64,000 bases of DNA, from the NCBI GenBank assembly GCA_010093995.1, contig ML992509.1:480178-544177 (forward strand), given 5' to 3'. Under the pieces are notes generated by a model. That model ran no database searches and had not been told where the DNA came from. It saw nothing but the letters and a program-made list of their open reading frames with translations. The position numbers were made by a program, and so were the translations under genes. The stretch is from Elsinoe ampelina (Eukaryota). Position 1 is the stretch's first letter, and every line of letters begins with the position of its first letter. Of the stretch, positions 36,873-49,241 are shown piece by piece.

Positions 36873-38396
36873 CTAGATAGCCACCGGCTCAGCATGCTCA
36901 TGATTACACCCACTCCTCTTCTCATTCCCGGACCTCTTCCTCAACGGCTCCGTCCTATTCCCCGCGGGCGGCAAACTATCAAAACTAACCGCGTACTTCG
37001 CCACCGCATCCGCGATCGCCCTCGTGTTGATCAGGAAAGCCTCCAAGTTCAAGTTATCCAACGTGTCCCCGACCAAATGATAGTTGGGGTCGTACGCCAC
37101 GCCCGCCTGCCCACCGTACAGCACCGCCTCTTCCGGCGTCTTGATCTGCTCCGCGCCGGTGAAGAGTCCGCCGGCGGGGATGCCCACGTCGAGGAACGGT
37201 CCGTAGTCCGAGCGGCCCGAGAATTCCGTGCCTTGGAACGGGAGGTTCTTGGACCGGAAGTAGTCCTCGAACGTCTTCTCCGCGTCGGCCGAGCCCGGGG
37301 GCCCCGTGAGGTTGAAGCTGGATCCGTCGCCGTCGTAGATGCCGTAGAAGTAGTTGGGGGAGGCGATCATGTCGAAGTTGAGGTAGAGGCGGATCTTCTC
37401 GCGCTCGGCTTGCGGGAGCGTGCGGATGTAGTATTCTGAGCCGAGCAGGCCGAATTCTTCGGCGGACCACCAGATGATGCGGACGGCGTTGTTGACTTTG
37501 TATTTGGCGAGTTGGACGGCCGTCTCGAGGATGCCGACGGTGCCGGAGCCGTCGTCGTTGATGCCGGGCCCGGCGGCGACGGAGTCGGAGTGCCCGCCGA
37601 TGACGAGGACGTTGTTTTGGTCGCCACCTTTGGTTTGGGCGATGACGTTTTGTGTGGTGCGGTTCTCGATGATGGCGTTGACGTTGAGGTCGGCAAGGGC
37701 ACCTTGTTGGGCGAGGGTGAGGAGAGTTTGCCCGGTTTGGAGGGAGACGCCGGCGGTGGGGGGATAGGGGCCTTGTGGGCGGGAGACGGAGCCGAGGGTG
37801 CCGGAGAGGGTGCCATTGATGTTGTTGTAGATGACGACGCCCGAGGCACCGGCGGCACCGGCGAGGGCGGACTTGAGACCGAATTCGCAGGAGCCGCGCG
37901 AGATGAGAGCGACGTTGCCGGCTACCTCTGCAGGGAAGTCGGTGGCGTTGCAGCCGAGGTTGGCGACGGGGATGAGAGGAGCGACGACGGCGCCGTTGGG
38001 GGAGTAAGTGAAAAGGGATGCGGGCTGGCTGCCGTTGTTCACGGAGAGGGTGGCGCTGCCTCCGGAGTAGGTCTCGACAAAGTATTGATACTCGACGGTG
38101 TAGTACTTGTCGAGCTCGGCGATGGTGTCGAAGATGTACTTGGTAGTGGCATTGTGGCCGATGCTACCGAAAACTCGATTCCGCTCGGGAGATGCGTAGG
38201 CAATGCGCTGGAGTTCTTGCGAACGTCTAAGCAGTTGGTTCTGCTTGATGGTAGCCTGCAGGCGTCTTGAGTCAACGAGACGTCCACGAGCACCGTCATC
38301 CTGACGGCGAGCGACAGGTGCATATGGCGCGGGACCAGCGGCCGAGACCGTGGTAGCGAGAAGCGCGGCAGCCGCGGAGACCTGAGTGAACTTCAT
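36873..38396 (-). CDS. Secreted M28 aminopeptidase with PA domain (aminopeptidase Y/LAP2-like)
   Basis: Signal peptide; LISRGSCEF (PA domain); GGHSDSV, GINDDGSG, AEEFGLLGS, LNFDMIAS, RSDY, YH metal-binding motifs. Confidence 0.96.
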   Translation of the reverse strand: MKFTQVSAAAALLATTVSAAGPAPYAPVARRQDDGARGRLVDSRRLQATIKQNQLLRRSQELQRIAYASPERNRVFGSIGHNATTKYIFDTIAELDKYYTVEYQYFVETYSGGSATLSVNNGSQPASLFTYSPNGAVVAPLIPVANLGCNATDFPAEVAGNVALISRGSCEFGLKSALAGAAGASGVVIYNNINGTLSGTLGSVSRPQGPYPPTAGVSLQTGQTLLTLAQQGALADLNVNAIIENRTTQNVIAQTKGGDQNNVLVIGGHSDSVAAGPGINDDGSGTVGILETAVQLAKYKVNNAVRIIWWSAEEFGLLGSEYYIRTLPQAEREKIRLYLNFDMIASPNYFYGIYDGDGSSFNLTGPPGSADAEKTFEDYFRSKNLPFQGTEFSGRSDYGPFLDVGIPAGGLFTGAEQIKTPEEAVLYGGQAGVAYDPNYHLVGDTLDNLNLEAFLINTRAIADAVAKYAVSFDSLPPAGNRTEPLRKRSGNEKRSGCNHEHAEPVAI

Positions 38397-39919
38397 GGTT
38401 TCAACAATCAGGTGATCAGTATTGGCGGGAGGTGGCCATCAAGGTAGTGAGAGATGGACAGGGTACTTATAAGGACTGGACCTACCCGCCATTTCGGGCA
38501 GAAATGTTACCATATCTCTCGGCCAGATCCTTTGAACTACCGTGATATTGCAGGAGGACCTTCTCGAACCGATTCGACAAGAATCTTCACGGCTTCGCCG
38601 CCACAGCTGCCACCGAATGAGAGGGAAATTGCTTGAATAGGCAGGCAGGCGAGCATGATTCGACCATGGCTTCTCCCGAGGCTTCGGCGGCTTCGACGGG
38701 GAAAGCGACGAGGTATGATTGACAACCAGAATACTCGCCCAAGTTGCCAGGGACCAGAAAGCAAAGCGGGCCGAGCATTGAGATCGTCGAGTCGTCGGCG
38801 GAAGCGAAGAGTGCTTCTGGCAGGAGACAAGCCTGTATGCCAAGCAGCCAAGGCGCTTACCATGTAACTTTGATTGACGGCCGCAAACAAGAGTCGACGA
38901 TGCGTAGCCGGTGAGGGGCGATAGAGGCCAAAGCTCGATAACAGAACATGCGGGAGAAATGTCGACAGGCGCCACTGGTGCACAGAATGCAGATGGTCTC
39001 GTGTTCCGGCTGGGTAGAAGCGGGTACAGTTGTGAGAGGCGAGCGACGTCGTCCAAAAATCTGTTGACAAGTGGCGTGCCTGGGATTGTACCCATGGAAA
39101 AAGGCCAGCCACCCAGAATGCTGCTCTATCTCTTGCCAGCAGTCGTAAGTTATCTGCCTGAATTGCCCTGCCCTAGTTACAGTACTGCGAAACGCGCCAG
39201 ACCTGTATTCTTCCGTCCTGCAGATCATGGCAGCTGCACCGCGAACGCAACACGCCACTGTCGAGTCAAGTCCAAAGCACCAGAAGAGAAAGGACCAGCC
39301 TGACTAAGCTCGACAGCGGTCAAGCTGGACAGTGAAAACCGCATGCATCTCCAGCATATGGACCTCGAGTCTTTCCTGATGAATGATCCGTCAAGCACAA
39401 AGAGTGGAACACTACGTTCAACCATGGCGAGGCCGTCCAGTCACAAGTCCGGCTCGTCCAGCTCGGCAGGAACCGGCCTTTTTCTCTCCGTCAATCGTTC
39501 CCTTGGTCTGTCCGCGGAACCACAGCGTGAGACCAAAGTACTCCTCCGTACCACAGGCTGAGAGGCTCTTTACTTGGGTCTCTCCAGAAGAGGCAGACGC
39601 AAGCGTGGGGGTTCTATGAAGATATTTGCGAGGTAAAAACCACCGTCATTGCCCATCCACGTCGGTCAAATTGCCTCTTCCGCTCGCAAAAGTCAAACGG
39701 TAGGCATAACTTCATCCCACTTTCAATATTTTCATTCTCGTACATTTCTCTCTGCAACGCATTTCACTTTCTAACCGGCCCGGTCCGTCAGCTGTGTTCC
39801 TCACAATTCACAATCTCACCTGACGTGTCTCCCACATCGAGACATCTCTCACAGCCAGCAATGTTCAGGAGCAGGAAACAACAACTCGAGGTCCACCCCT
39901 CCTCAATACCCCGCCAACC

Positions 39920-41002
39920 ATGATCACCGCGGTGGTCGTCGTCAACAATATTGAAAAGAATGACTATCTGATCAAGAAAGAGTACGATCTGGCATTGAAG
40001 GATCGGACCATACCAATTGTGCTGGAATATTTGGCAGAAGGAGGAGCCAATGTAGTACTACGACTCGTGCCCTTTGCGAGGGCATCGCGATTGAAGACGC
40101 CACCCGATGCCCTGGTCAACAAATTGTTGCGTGTACGCAAGGACAAAGGCTTCATCGCGAGCGCAAAGGATCAACAAGACGAATTCGAGCATACAATCGC
40201 GCCTCTCTTCCCTGCCGAGAATCTGGTCAATCCCATCCTTGTATCCGTGGACAGAGGCTTCCTGGTGGCAGTTAATCAAGAACTGGCAAACATCCAGGCC
40301 GACAACCTTCGTCCAGCGCGACGGAAAGGAGACATTGTCAACGAGCGAGAGCAGCATGCCACCCTCATGACAGACATGTCACCCATCGGCGTCGAAATCT
40401 CCCTCGAGATCAAACCCAAATGGCTTCTCCAGTCGCCCAACGCTCCTGCAAATGCGACTCGATGTCGAACCTGCGCTCTCCGAGCCCAACGTCTCAAATC
40501 CGGCAGATTGGAAGCAAAGAAGCTAGAAAAGAGCTACTGCCCCCTCTCCCTCCTCTCCGACAACCGACAAGCACATCTCCAAGCCGGCACCGCCATCCTC
40601 AAAGCCAACAAGTCCTGGGAATGGATGACCAAAGGCGACGAAGCATTCGCCAACCTCATGCCAAGTTCAATCGTACCTGTACTACAAAAGATTAGAGATT
40701 ACCAGGCCAGACTCGACCCCAATGGCATCCTGGCCATCAAAGAAGGTGAAGAGCCACCGCCAGACTACCTCCTCGCCATGACGCTGCGTGACTGTGCCAT
40801 GTTTCTGCGGACGCCAAAGTCGCTCCGACAAGGGCCTGTGGAGGTGCGACTCGCTGATCTGGACGCGAAGATGCCGCATCCTGAGAAGATCAAGAAGTGG
40901 AGGGAGACGGAGGAGACGTTGATCAACGAGGGATGGTATGAGTGCAAAGAGGAAGGTTTCGGGAAAGAAGATATTTGTCTGCTCTCCAAAGCTCAAAGTT
41001 GA
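39920..41002 (+). CDS. IPK1: Inositol-pentakisphosphate 2-kinase
   Basis: YLAEGGANVV, EIKPKW, CRTCA, YCPL, AMTLRDC and LADLDAK motifs. Confidence 0.9.
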   Translation: MITAVVVVNNIEKNDYLIKKEYDLALKDRTIPIVLEYLAEGGANVVLRLVPFARASRLKTPPDALVNKLLRVRKDKGFIASAKDQQDEFEHTIAPLFPAENLVNPILVSVDRGFLVAVNQELANIQADNLRPARRKGDIVNEREQHATLMTDMSPIGVEISLEIKPKWLLQSPNAPANATRCRTCALRAQRLKSGRLEAKKLEKSYCPLSLLSDNRQAHLQAGTAILKANKSWEWMTKGDEAFANLMPSSIVPVLQKIRDYQARLDPNGILAIKEGEEPPPDYLLAMTLRDCAMFLRTPKSLRQGPVEVRLADLDAKMPHPEKIKKWRETEETLINEGWYECKEEGFGKEDICLLSKAQS

Positions 41003-41197
41003 GAGCCAGAGGCCAGGTCGATACGTGATTATATACCCATGACAAAAGTAATCGTAATTATCCCAACGACTCCAGAGGCATCCCACATCGGCCCCGTTCC
41101 CAAGCCTGTCCGTCCCACATCTTTCCCTTTCCTCTCTGCCCCTTCCTTTCCTCCCCTTCTCCACCCTTGATCACAACCTCCCTCAAACCAACCCCCC

Positions 41198-41926
41198 CTA
41201 GAAAATCCCATTCACAATCTTCCCCCCAATCGTCGCCCCAGCCCCAAAGATAGCCGCGTTCCCCAACTTCTTCCCGAACTTCTTCCCCATCTCCTCCCCC
41301 TTGCCCGGCACCTGTCCCGTCCCATTCCCCATGCCCGACTGCTCAAGCGGCATATTCCCGTAATTGTTCCCGAGCCCTTGTCCCTGCGCCGGCATCGCCT
41401 TCTCCTCCACCCTCACGTAGCTGCGGGGGAAAATCCCCGTCGCCCCCGTCCGGGCGTTGTGCCCCTTCCACCATTCCGCGTTCATGTACTCGCTCACTTG
41501 GACCGTGTCGTTGGGGCGCAGGTCGAGGTCGCCTGCGTCTTCGCCTGCGTAGGCGTAGAGGGCGGTGGCGGTGCAGAGAGGGGGGAGGGAGGGAGGGGGC
41601 GCGTGGTAGGCTGGTGGGGCCGGGGAGGGGGCCGGGGACGGGGAGAAGGATTGTTTCTCGTTGTAGGAGGGCTGTTTCTCGTGGAGGGATGTGGCGGCGA
41701 GGGCGGAGGTGGGGGGCTGGGGCGCTCCGGGGAGGGGGGAGGCGGTGGGGACTGCGCCGACGGAGATGGGGGCGTGGAGGGCGGTTTGAGGTGGGATTTG
41801 GGAGAGGATGGAGCTGAGGGTTTGCGGGGTGATGATGGAGGCGTCGGTGAGGAATTCCAGCTCGGCTTTGATGGCGCGGATGGAGCGGTTGATCATGGCT
41901 GTGTGCATTTCTTCGGTGGGTGCCAT
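41198..41926 (-). CDS. SH3-domain protein (Pin3/Lsb1/Csh3-like)
   Basis: ALYAY..DLDL..WWKG..GIFPRSYV SH3; PPAY motif; C-terminal KKLGNAAIFGAGATIGGKIVNGIF. Confidence 0.92.
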   Translation of the reverse strand: MAPTEEMHTAMINRSIRAIKAELEFLTDASIITPQTLSSILSQIPPQTALHAPISVGAVPTASPLPGAPQPPTSALAATSLHEKQPSYNEKQSFSPSPAPSPAPPAYHAPPPSLPPLCTATALYAYAGEDAGDLDLRPNDTVQVSEYMNAEWWKGHNARTGATGIFPRSYVRVEEKAMPAQGQGLGNNYGNMPLEQSGMGNGTGQVPGKGEEMGKKFGKKLGNAAIFGAGATIGGKIVNGIF

Positions 41927-42295
41927 GGTGGGCGGTAGAAGGGCGGGGTTGGTGCCTGGTGGTGGTGTAGGTGCCTGTGGTGTTCGCTGGGTGAAATGCG
42001 TCTGGCGATATGCGCTTGAAGTGGAACAGAGGTTGATGAGTGTTCAGAGGTCGTACGTCGAAGATGAACAGTTGCGAGGAGGATTCAAGGTGAGTGACAG
42101 GCCTGAGACGTGTTGCGCAAGTGGTGGAGATCATGGTTGACCAACAGGGCACACAGCCCCAATCTTTAGTGAAACTTTCAGCTGCGGCACGGAGGAAGCG
42201 GGCATGGGCAATTGGCGGGTTCCTGCCGAGAAGATGAGGCATTGCTTGATTTCCTTCACTGTTTACCATGGATCTATCATTACATTCGTCATCTC

Positions 42296-43087
42296 TCAAT
42301 GCTGCTTCTTCATCATTTCAGTCATCTTGTGGAAGGCCTGCTGTCTCGGGGTCTCTACAGCATCATGCCATCGCTTTGCCGCCTCAACAGCAATCTCCTC
42401 CTGACCTGCAGACAGGCCCTTGTATGTCTCTTCAGTAAAGTCCTTGAGAGGAATACCAATCTGTCGGCCATTCTTGATATCAGGTTGGTGCTTCTCATCA
42501 TGAAGCTCGGTCTGCACAGCCGGCGGGAAGATCTCAAAGACCTTGATGTTCTTCGAGGTGTCCTTGAGCTGCTCACGTAGGCAGAGAATCCAATGGTGCA
42601 GAGCTGCCTTTGATGCACAGTAGTTGGCACATCTTAGGAGAGGTACAATGGCCAGTCCTGAAGTGGTGTACATGAAAGCAGACTCACGACTCTGCTTCTG
42701 AAGGTAGGGCAAGAAGGCCATGGTGAGATGGATATACGATGTATAATTGGTCGTCATCTCTGTACCCAGCACATCCAGGTCAACGCTCGAAGGATCCGCA
42801 AAGTTGAACCCTCGCTGGATGCCACTGTTGATGAAGACGCAGTCTAGATCCGAGTGCTCTTTAGTGATGGAGTCGGCGAATTTGGGGATCCCTTGAAGGT
42901 CTGTGATGTCGAATTGCACAGCGGTCGCCTTGTCTGAGCCATGACTCTGGACGAACTTGTCGAGGTTCTCCTTCCGACGGCCTACCACGATGACCTTGCT
43001 GCCTTCGGACACGAATTTTGAAGCTAGAGCTTCTCCGATACCAGAGGTCGCTCCAATCACGAGGATCTTCTTGTATTGTAGAGGCAT
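42296..43087 (-). CDS. Short-chain dehydrogenase/reductase (DltE-like)
   Basis: GATSGIG Rossmann motif, INSG, YCASK catalytic motif, PPAVQTELH. Confidence 0.93.
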   Translation of the reverse strand: MPLQYKKILVIGATSGIGEALASKFVSEGSKVIVVGRRKENLDKFVQSHGSDKATAVQFDITDLQGIPKFADSITKEHSDLDCVFINSGIQRGFNFADPSSVDLDVLGTEMTTNYTSYIHLTMAFLPYLQKQSRESAFMYTTSGLAIVPLLRCANYCASKAALHHWILCLREQLKDTSKNIKVFEIFPPAVQTELHDEKHQPDIKNGRQIGIPLKDFTEETYKGLSAGQEEIAVEAAKRWHDAVETPRQQAFHKMTEMMKKQH

Positions 43088-43802
43088 GGCGAAGAGCTTG
43101 AGAAATTGCCCGTTACAGGATATTATTCATCAGGGACTGGGATACTAAAATACTGAACACTAGGAGATCTTCTCAACTTATTCTTTGGGAACCACTTGCA
43201 TGACGTCTTGTCGAAGCATCTGGCCCTCTTGATCCGGCTGCATCGGCATCTCCTCCACTTCACGTCACCTCTTCATGGATTTCAACCACCACTTCTTTTC
43301 TGATAGTATGTCCACAATAGAACTTGACAGCAAGGAGGAGAATTTCTGCTTGCTTCGCATTACAAATCGACATGTCGGCTGCGGTCATCATTCCGAGGCA
43401 TAACAAGACTCGCCCGTTCCGCCACCGCCGCCCCGTTGCCAACAGTATACCACCAACTTCCACATTAAGCTTGTTTTAAGCGACAACGTCCCCTGGAAAC
43501 CAATGATACAGGCCGCTCACGTCCGTCTTTCGGCCGTGAATCGTCTCTCCCTGCACCCTTCTTGTATCGATCCCCAGGGCGCATCCAGCCCAGTCTGCAG
43601 GTACAGATCCCACGTCAACGATGGCCACTTTCCAAACGTTCATGCAAGTCATCGTGGTAGGAATGTACGTCGGAGGGGCACTCCGGCCCAATGCAGTCGT
43701 TAGCTATCCCGTGTCTGCCGTCCCTTGACATCTCTCTTGTATATGTCTTCATGCTTTCAAGAGGACACATAGCCCACTGGCTATCCAGTGCCAACCACAG
43801 CC

Positions 43803-45167
43803 ATGTCGTCCGAATCAGCAGAAGCACTCAGCTCGGCCAACGACACAGCTGAGCCCGCTCGCCTGACCGCCGTCATCTGCACAGCTCTCGCCATCACCAC
43901 CACGCTGGTAGTAATCCGATGCTACGTCCGCACCCGCATAATGAAGAACTTTGGCATCGACGACTGGTTCCTGATCCTGGCACAAGTACATCCCACCCCA
44001 TCCTTCGCCCGCTCCTTCAACCCTCCCTGCACCACCATCTCATTCCACCATCACTGACCCACCTCCCTCCAGATCTTCCTCATCATCAGCGCCGCCACTA
44101 CCCTCCGCAGCATCGGCCTCGGCCTCGGCCAATACCTCGACACCGTTCCAATATGGAATCAAGACGACTTACTCCTCTACCTCTTCCTCAACGAAGTCCT
44201 CTACGCCTTCCTCATCCTCCTCATCCGACTGACCATCGGCTTCCTCCTCCTCAAAATCATCACGCACCACCGCCGCGAACGAGCGTTCGTCGTCTCCATC
44301 ATCGCCTTGTCCATCGTCAACGCCGTCTTCTTCCTCATCTGGACTTTCTTGCAGTGTTCGCCCATCAACCATTTCTGGGTCCGGATGTCGCCGGGGGTGT
44401 GTCGTGAGAGGGCGTTTACGATCGTGTTGTATGTGAGCTCGGTCGTGGGGGTGATCACGGAGTGGTCGTTGGCGTTTTTGCCGGTTTATATGGCGTTTAA
44501 AATGTTGATCATGTCGCTCAAGGATCGGGTTGCGATTGCCGTTGTGTTGGGCATGGGGGCGTTGGCGAGTATCGCTACTATTGTGCGGATGGCGTATTTG
44601 GGGATGCTGTTGGAGGGGAAGGCGGATGTGAGATGTGAGTATTACGGCAAAGGAGGGATTGGAGATTGCTGCTGATGATGGACAGATATGTGCGCCGTGA
44701 TTTACATGTGGGCTACGATTGAGAACTCTCTCGCCATTTCAGCTGCTTGTCTGGCTACTTTTCGACCATTGCTGGCCAGGTTTCTGGATCTTACGGTGCG
44801 TAAAGCTTCGATTGGAGACTTTTCTGGAAGAGTATTGAGGAAACCATCGGAGACGACGCACGCGATGACTGTAAGCAAGAGAGGAGGGTCATGTGGGGTG
44901 GATGGCAGGGAAAGTCTGGTATTGGACTTCTCGGATCGAATATTGGCGGACATTGATAAGGTGGATGTGGAGCAACGAAGAGAAAGTGCTTGGGACGAGA
45001 GAAGGGAGAATGTCGCTGAAGTGGAAGCCGGTGAGAAGCTCGAAGAGATGAGGCGGGAGAGTGGGGTAGAAGGGCTGAAGGATTGGGATAACTCGATTGT
45101 AAGAGAGACGGTGGTGATTGTCTCAAGAGAGGAGGCGGAAGTAATGGAGAAGATCGAGGAGAAGTAG
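43803..45167 (+). CDS. PTH11-like 7-TM receptor (fungal rhodopsin-like domain, no CFEM); introns 43986-44072 and 44635-44685
   Basis: IRCYVR..FGIDDW, QCSPINHFW, LASIATIVRM, WATIENSLAISAACLATFRPL. Confidence 0.9.
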
Positions 45168-47285
45168 CGGGTGTGAGACACATTGTCACAGTTGGAGAGA
45201 TTTAGGATACCCTCCATACAGCTCACGGCCTGATCGATGTACCCATGAGTGGACAAGTGGGACTCTGCTCTTATGGAGACGAGTTGGGGATGGTCCCTTT
45301 GTCCAATACCAATGGGATTGAAATGACTTACCGATGTGTTCTGTTGCAAGTCCAAGCTTTGAGAAACTTCTGCCATGGTCGCCAACCTCACTGCTCCGTA
45401 CTCTGCCGTGAGATATGAATGTCATGTGCCCGTTTGCCGAGGACTGAGACACGACTCGGCCTTGGAAGTCGATACCTACAAGCGAGGTCTGCAGCATGTG
45501 CGTTGTGAGAAAATCGAGCTGATGAGTGACACCGCTGAACACCATCAACACGCTCTTGTGAAGGATATCTAGCGCTCCTACCACCGCCGAACTGGAAGTG
45601 GCTCGACGGGATCCTTGTCAGCAGTGCAAAGTCTTGTGAAGGCGTCCTTTTTCAGCTCCCCTGGGCACACCGGCTGCTTCAGACCAGTGTAGAGTCCAAA
45701 TGTGATAGGCTTCGACATGGAGTCCGCAGCCCATTCGAGTATCTTGCTGGCAGGGGGGCAATGCTGATTCCTATGTTGAAGACGTGTGACTAACTCCATT
45801 GCTCCAGGCGGGTCGTAAGTGTGCTTTTCTAAGACCATGATTGATGTCGGCCAAGCCAGTGTGTCGCCAATTAATTCTGGCGCCAGTTCAGTTCGATCTC
45901 AAAGGGGATTACGTCTAGTGACATCGAAACTCTCAAAGGAGCAGGAGATATGAGTCTGGACTGGAGAACCTGTGAGATCATGTGAGAGATAAAATCCCAC
46001 CGACGTCTTAGTCCAGGCCGAGATGGATTGAGGGGTCATCCAGACTGCTCGTGTTCCTTCCACTGGAGTTGATAAGCAGAGTGGTAGGTATAACATGACC
46101 TTCATGTGGCGGTGGGGTTGTTGGAAGTCACTGACAAACGCGAACGAGAGATTGCTGTCACTCAGAATGACATGGTCCCGATACAGGCCGGGCAGCAGCG
46201 AGGTCTGCCAATCGTTGTGTCTCAACCATCGTCGCTCTGTACCAGTGCCTCCGCTATGAGGCGTGCTCGACAAGATCCATACCGAACTACTCTGTAGTGA
46301 CGGCGAAGGAGCTCCAACAATTCGTGAGTGGGCCTCCGGTGAACCCCTGCACACAGCTCAGTCAAAACCGAGGAGCCGGAGCCAACGCCGTGACATGTCA
46401 GACTGGCATGAAATGATGCCTTTCTTATTGACCCAGCCTCCGGGAAATCGTTGATGGCTAAAAGATCGACCATTACCCCTGGTCGCCTCGGTAGCGCTTT
46501 CGTGTTTGGAGACGAGTTTGTCATGTTGTGACGACGGTCATGCCAATCAACCTTGCTTCCCAGCCTACCAGAGACCAAGAGATCTGGGACGTTGCATGGA
46601 ATTGTTCGATCTGGTGAATCTGCAAGTCAGCCTGGTTTTAGATTCCCGGTGGTTCCCCGTGTGCCTGGGAGTGAATATGCGGCGACTATATCGGATTAGG
46701 TCTTCATCTCATCACAATGAGATCTCATCTGCAACATCCCCAGCACGATCCACCCGCCAAATACGGCAGAGTGGTTTACATGATATCACGCACGATCATT
46801 CTGAAGAGACACGGAACAGATGCCGCAGCGAGCTTGACCGCAAAGGGACAAACGGCCGCTTCCAATGGACCTCGGATCTGGGGAAATGATGGGATTTTGA
46901 CGCAGGGGAACGACTTGTTGTAACTGGCAAATCGGATCGAGAGACGTGTGTTTCATTCAGAGAGTTACAATAACCGATTTATCTACTGTGCGTGCGCTGA
47001 CTCATCAGTACCAGCTCTTCAGTACCAGAGAAGCTGTACCAGCCTTCCATTACAACACGACTGAACTCCTCCACTTTCCAATCGCTTCCAACATCTCCTA
47101 CCGCATGGCGACAGATGGCACAAGGTACTGAATCGGACGATCTTGATCGTGAGATTCATCTCCACTGCTTCATCGGACGCTAATGCACGATACCGGTGTT
47201 TCTCCTGCAGGAACGCACGAGACATTCGCGAATGATGATGGCAGGATCTCGTACCTCTTGCTGAGGCGACCATGCTCGTGTTGTC

Positions 47286-47293
47286 TATATAAA
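47286..47293 (+). promoter_or_regulatory. Candidate TATA box for the small hydrophilin gene
   Basis: TATATAAA about 100 bp upstream of ATG 47396, followed by a CA-rich leader. Confidence 0.55.
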
Positions 47294-47395
47294 CAAGGTA
47301 AACCTCAAGCATAATTCTCGTCAACACAGCAACCTCTTCCAATTCAATCAACTACCAACCCAAACCACCCAAACCCACCAAACCACTTCAGCAAC

Positions 47396-47705
47396 ATGTC
47401 TGACTACAAGCCCACTGAGCACGACGGTCTCCGCAAGGACGGCCAGCCAGACCAGCGTGTCGGCACCGGTCGTACGTCTTCTTAAGTCCTCTGGTCATAC
47501 CAGCCGGGACATCTTTCTTCACACATCATGCTAAAATCACACAGAGTTCGCCCAGGGCAAGGTCGACCCCGTCGAGGCCGGCAAGCAGGGTGGCCAGAGC
47601 ACCGGTACCCCAGGTGGTTCCGACAACAGCGGCGAGGACTACAAGCCCACCGAGCATGATGGTCTCCGCAAGGATGGTCAGCCCGACGGACGTGTCAAGA
47701 ACTAG
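47396..47705 (+). CDS. 78-aa hydrophilin-like (Con-10/KGG-like) stress or conidiation protein; intron 47472-47544
   Basis: Spliced product MSDYKPTEHDGLRKDGQPDQRVGTGQFAQGKVDPVEAGKQGGQSTGTPGGSDNSGEDYKPTEHDGLRKDGQPDGRVKN; CAACATG start context, strong C-ending codon bias, GTACGT..CTAA..CAG intron. Confidence 0.88.
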
Positions 47706-49043
47706 ATGGGACTAGTCACCAAGGACGATGCCAGTAGCTATCAGTGCCAGTAGCAACAGTCCAGAGAATGGAACACAGTCAACTCATACCGCATCTTGTG
47801 TCTACCTTCTTCAATCATTCAAGCAATGCTCCCGTTCTCAGTGAAGGTAAAACCTCAATGCCTAGCTCTCACCCTCGTGACCGCATGCTTCATATTTGCG
47901 GACATGAGCGCCTGCCACCACAGTAGAAGTTCATCCATATTATTGGCATTGCATATGCTGTCACGATTATATAAGTATGTGCAAGGGTGAGCAGTTTCCA
48001 TCTCAACCACGCAGGTGATAGAGACAGATATTTCTGAAGTTGCACGAGAGCTGCCAGACAATGTATTGGAGGTAGATCACCTGCCGTATTGGGACTAGCA
48101 TCACAGCGGTACCGCCCGCGCCGCAGCACCGAGCGTCGGTACAGATTTGCGCTGCGAACCGAGTTTCCAGCTCAGCTCTCTCACCACAAGGATCTGACCA
48201 ACGAAACTCTGCCGGGGCGCTGCTTTTCTACCGATCCCTCTGGTCAACTTCCTCTTGAACACATGCCAAATAAGTCAGCAGCACCGAGGTCCAAGACACG
48301 CACAGCCCGCGCAGCGTCGCGGTATGACACATTCGAATGCACAGAAAATGATTAGCGATAACGTTGGGGTCGGGGAGTTGGCCAGGGCCTAGAGTTGGCC
48401 ACTTTAGGGTTAACCCTACTGTAAGCCAATCGGAGTGCGCAATTCTGCACCGACGCTAGGCTCGATTAGTGCTCTAGGATTTCTACCTTCTTCTTTGCTA
48501 TACTCCTCCTAAAAACCACCTTTACTAATAGTCTAATCTTAGTTAATTAAACGTAAAAAGCAGCTATAAGCTGCTATAAGTTAATATTATTAATCTAAAG
48601 GCAAGATACCTAAGAAAGAGCTTACGTAGTGTTTTCCTCTTATTACTAGACAAACTCTCTATTAGTAGATTAAGAGTATATATAAATCCTATATAAATGT
48701 ATATTCTTACTAGTAATACCTTATAACTACTTAAGAGAGTGCCTTAGTCGATTTTATTTGCTTCCTTATATACGATAGCTTTAATCTAAACAATTACTAA
48801 CTTAACCTATATACTAGATACCTCTTAAAGTCTATAGTAGATTAACTTACCTATATATAGCTAATGCCTATTAGCTAGTACTAGTACTACTACTTTAAGA
48901 GACGTTATTTAGAGGTTAATCTCTGTCGAAGGCTAGCTATAGATAGTAATTAATTAGAAGAGCTTAGAGATATTACAAAAATTAAAGCGTAGTTTAACTT
49001 TATAAAGTATACCTTTAAAGTTTATAATATTAAGCTATAGAAC

Positions 49044-49241
49044 TATAAGGACTAACGTAGTAAGTATACTACGCTAGCTTACCCTAGAGATACTATTCTC
49101 TATAGGAGAATAAAACACTTCTTGTCTATAGAATAGATAGAGTAGAGATTAGTCTTATAATAATTAAAGATATACTAGTATAATACCTATTCTACTCCTA
49201 TATACTTATCTTTCTAGCTCTAATATTATACCTTTATTACA
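49044..49241 (+). repeat. 5' LTR of gypsy element 2
   Basis: Direct repeat of 56138-56335; termini TATAAG...TTACA. Confidence 0.92.

Noticed and set aside
38439..39619. Several 60-218 aa ORFs between the aminopeptidase and IPK1
   Set aside because: No codon bias, domain motifs or consistent splice structure; likely divergent promoter/UTR sequence.
45186..47351. 2-kb region with scattered ORFs on both strands; possible decayed gene
   Set aside because: No recognisable motif or consistent frame by eye; a translated homology search would be needed to call a pseudogene.
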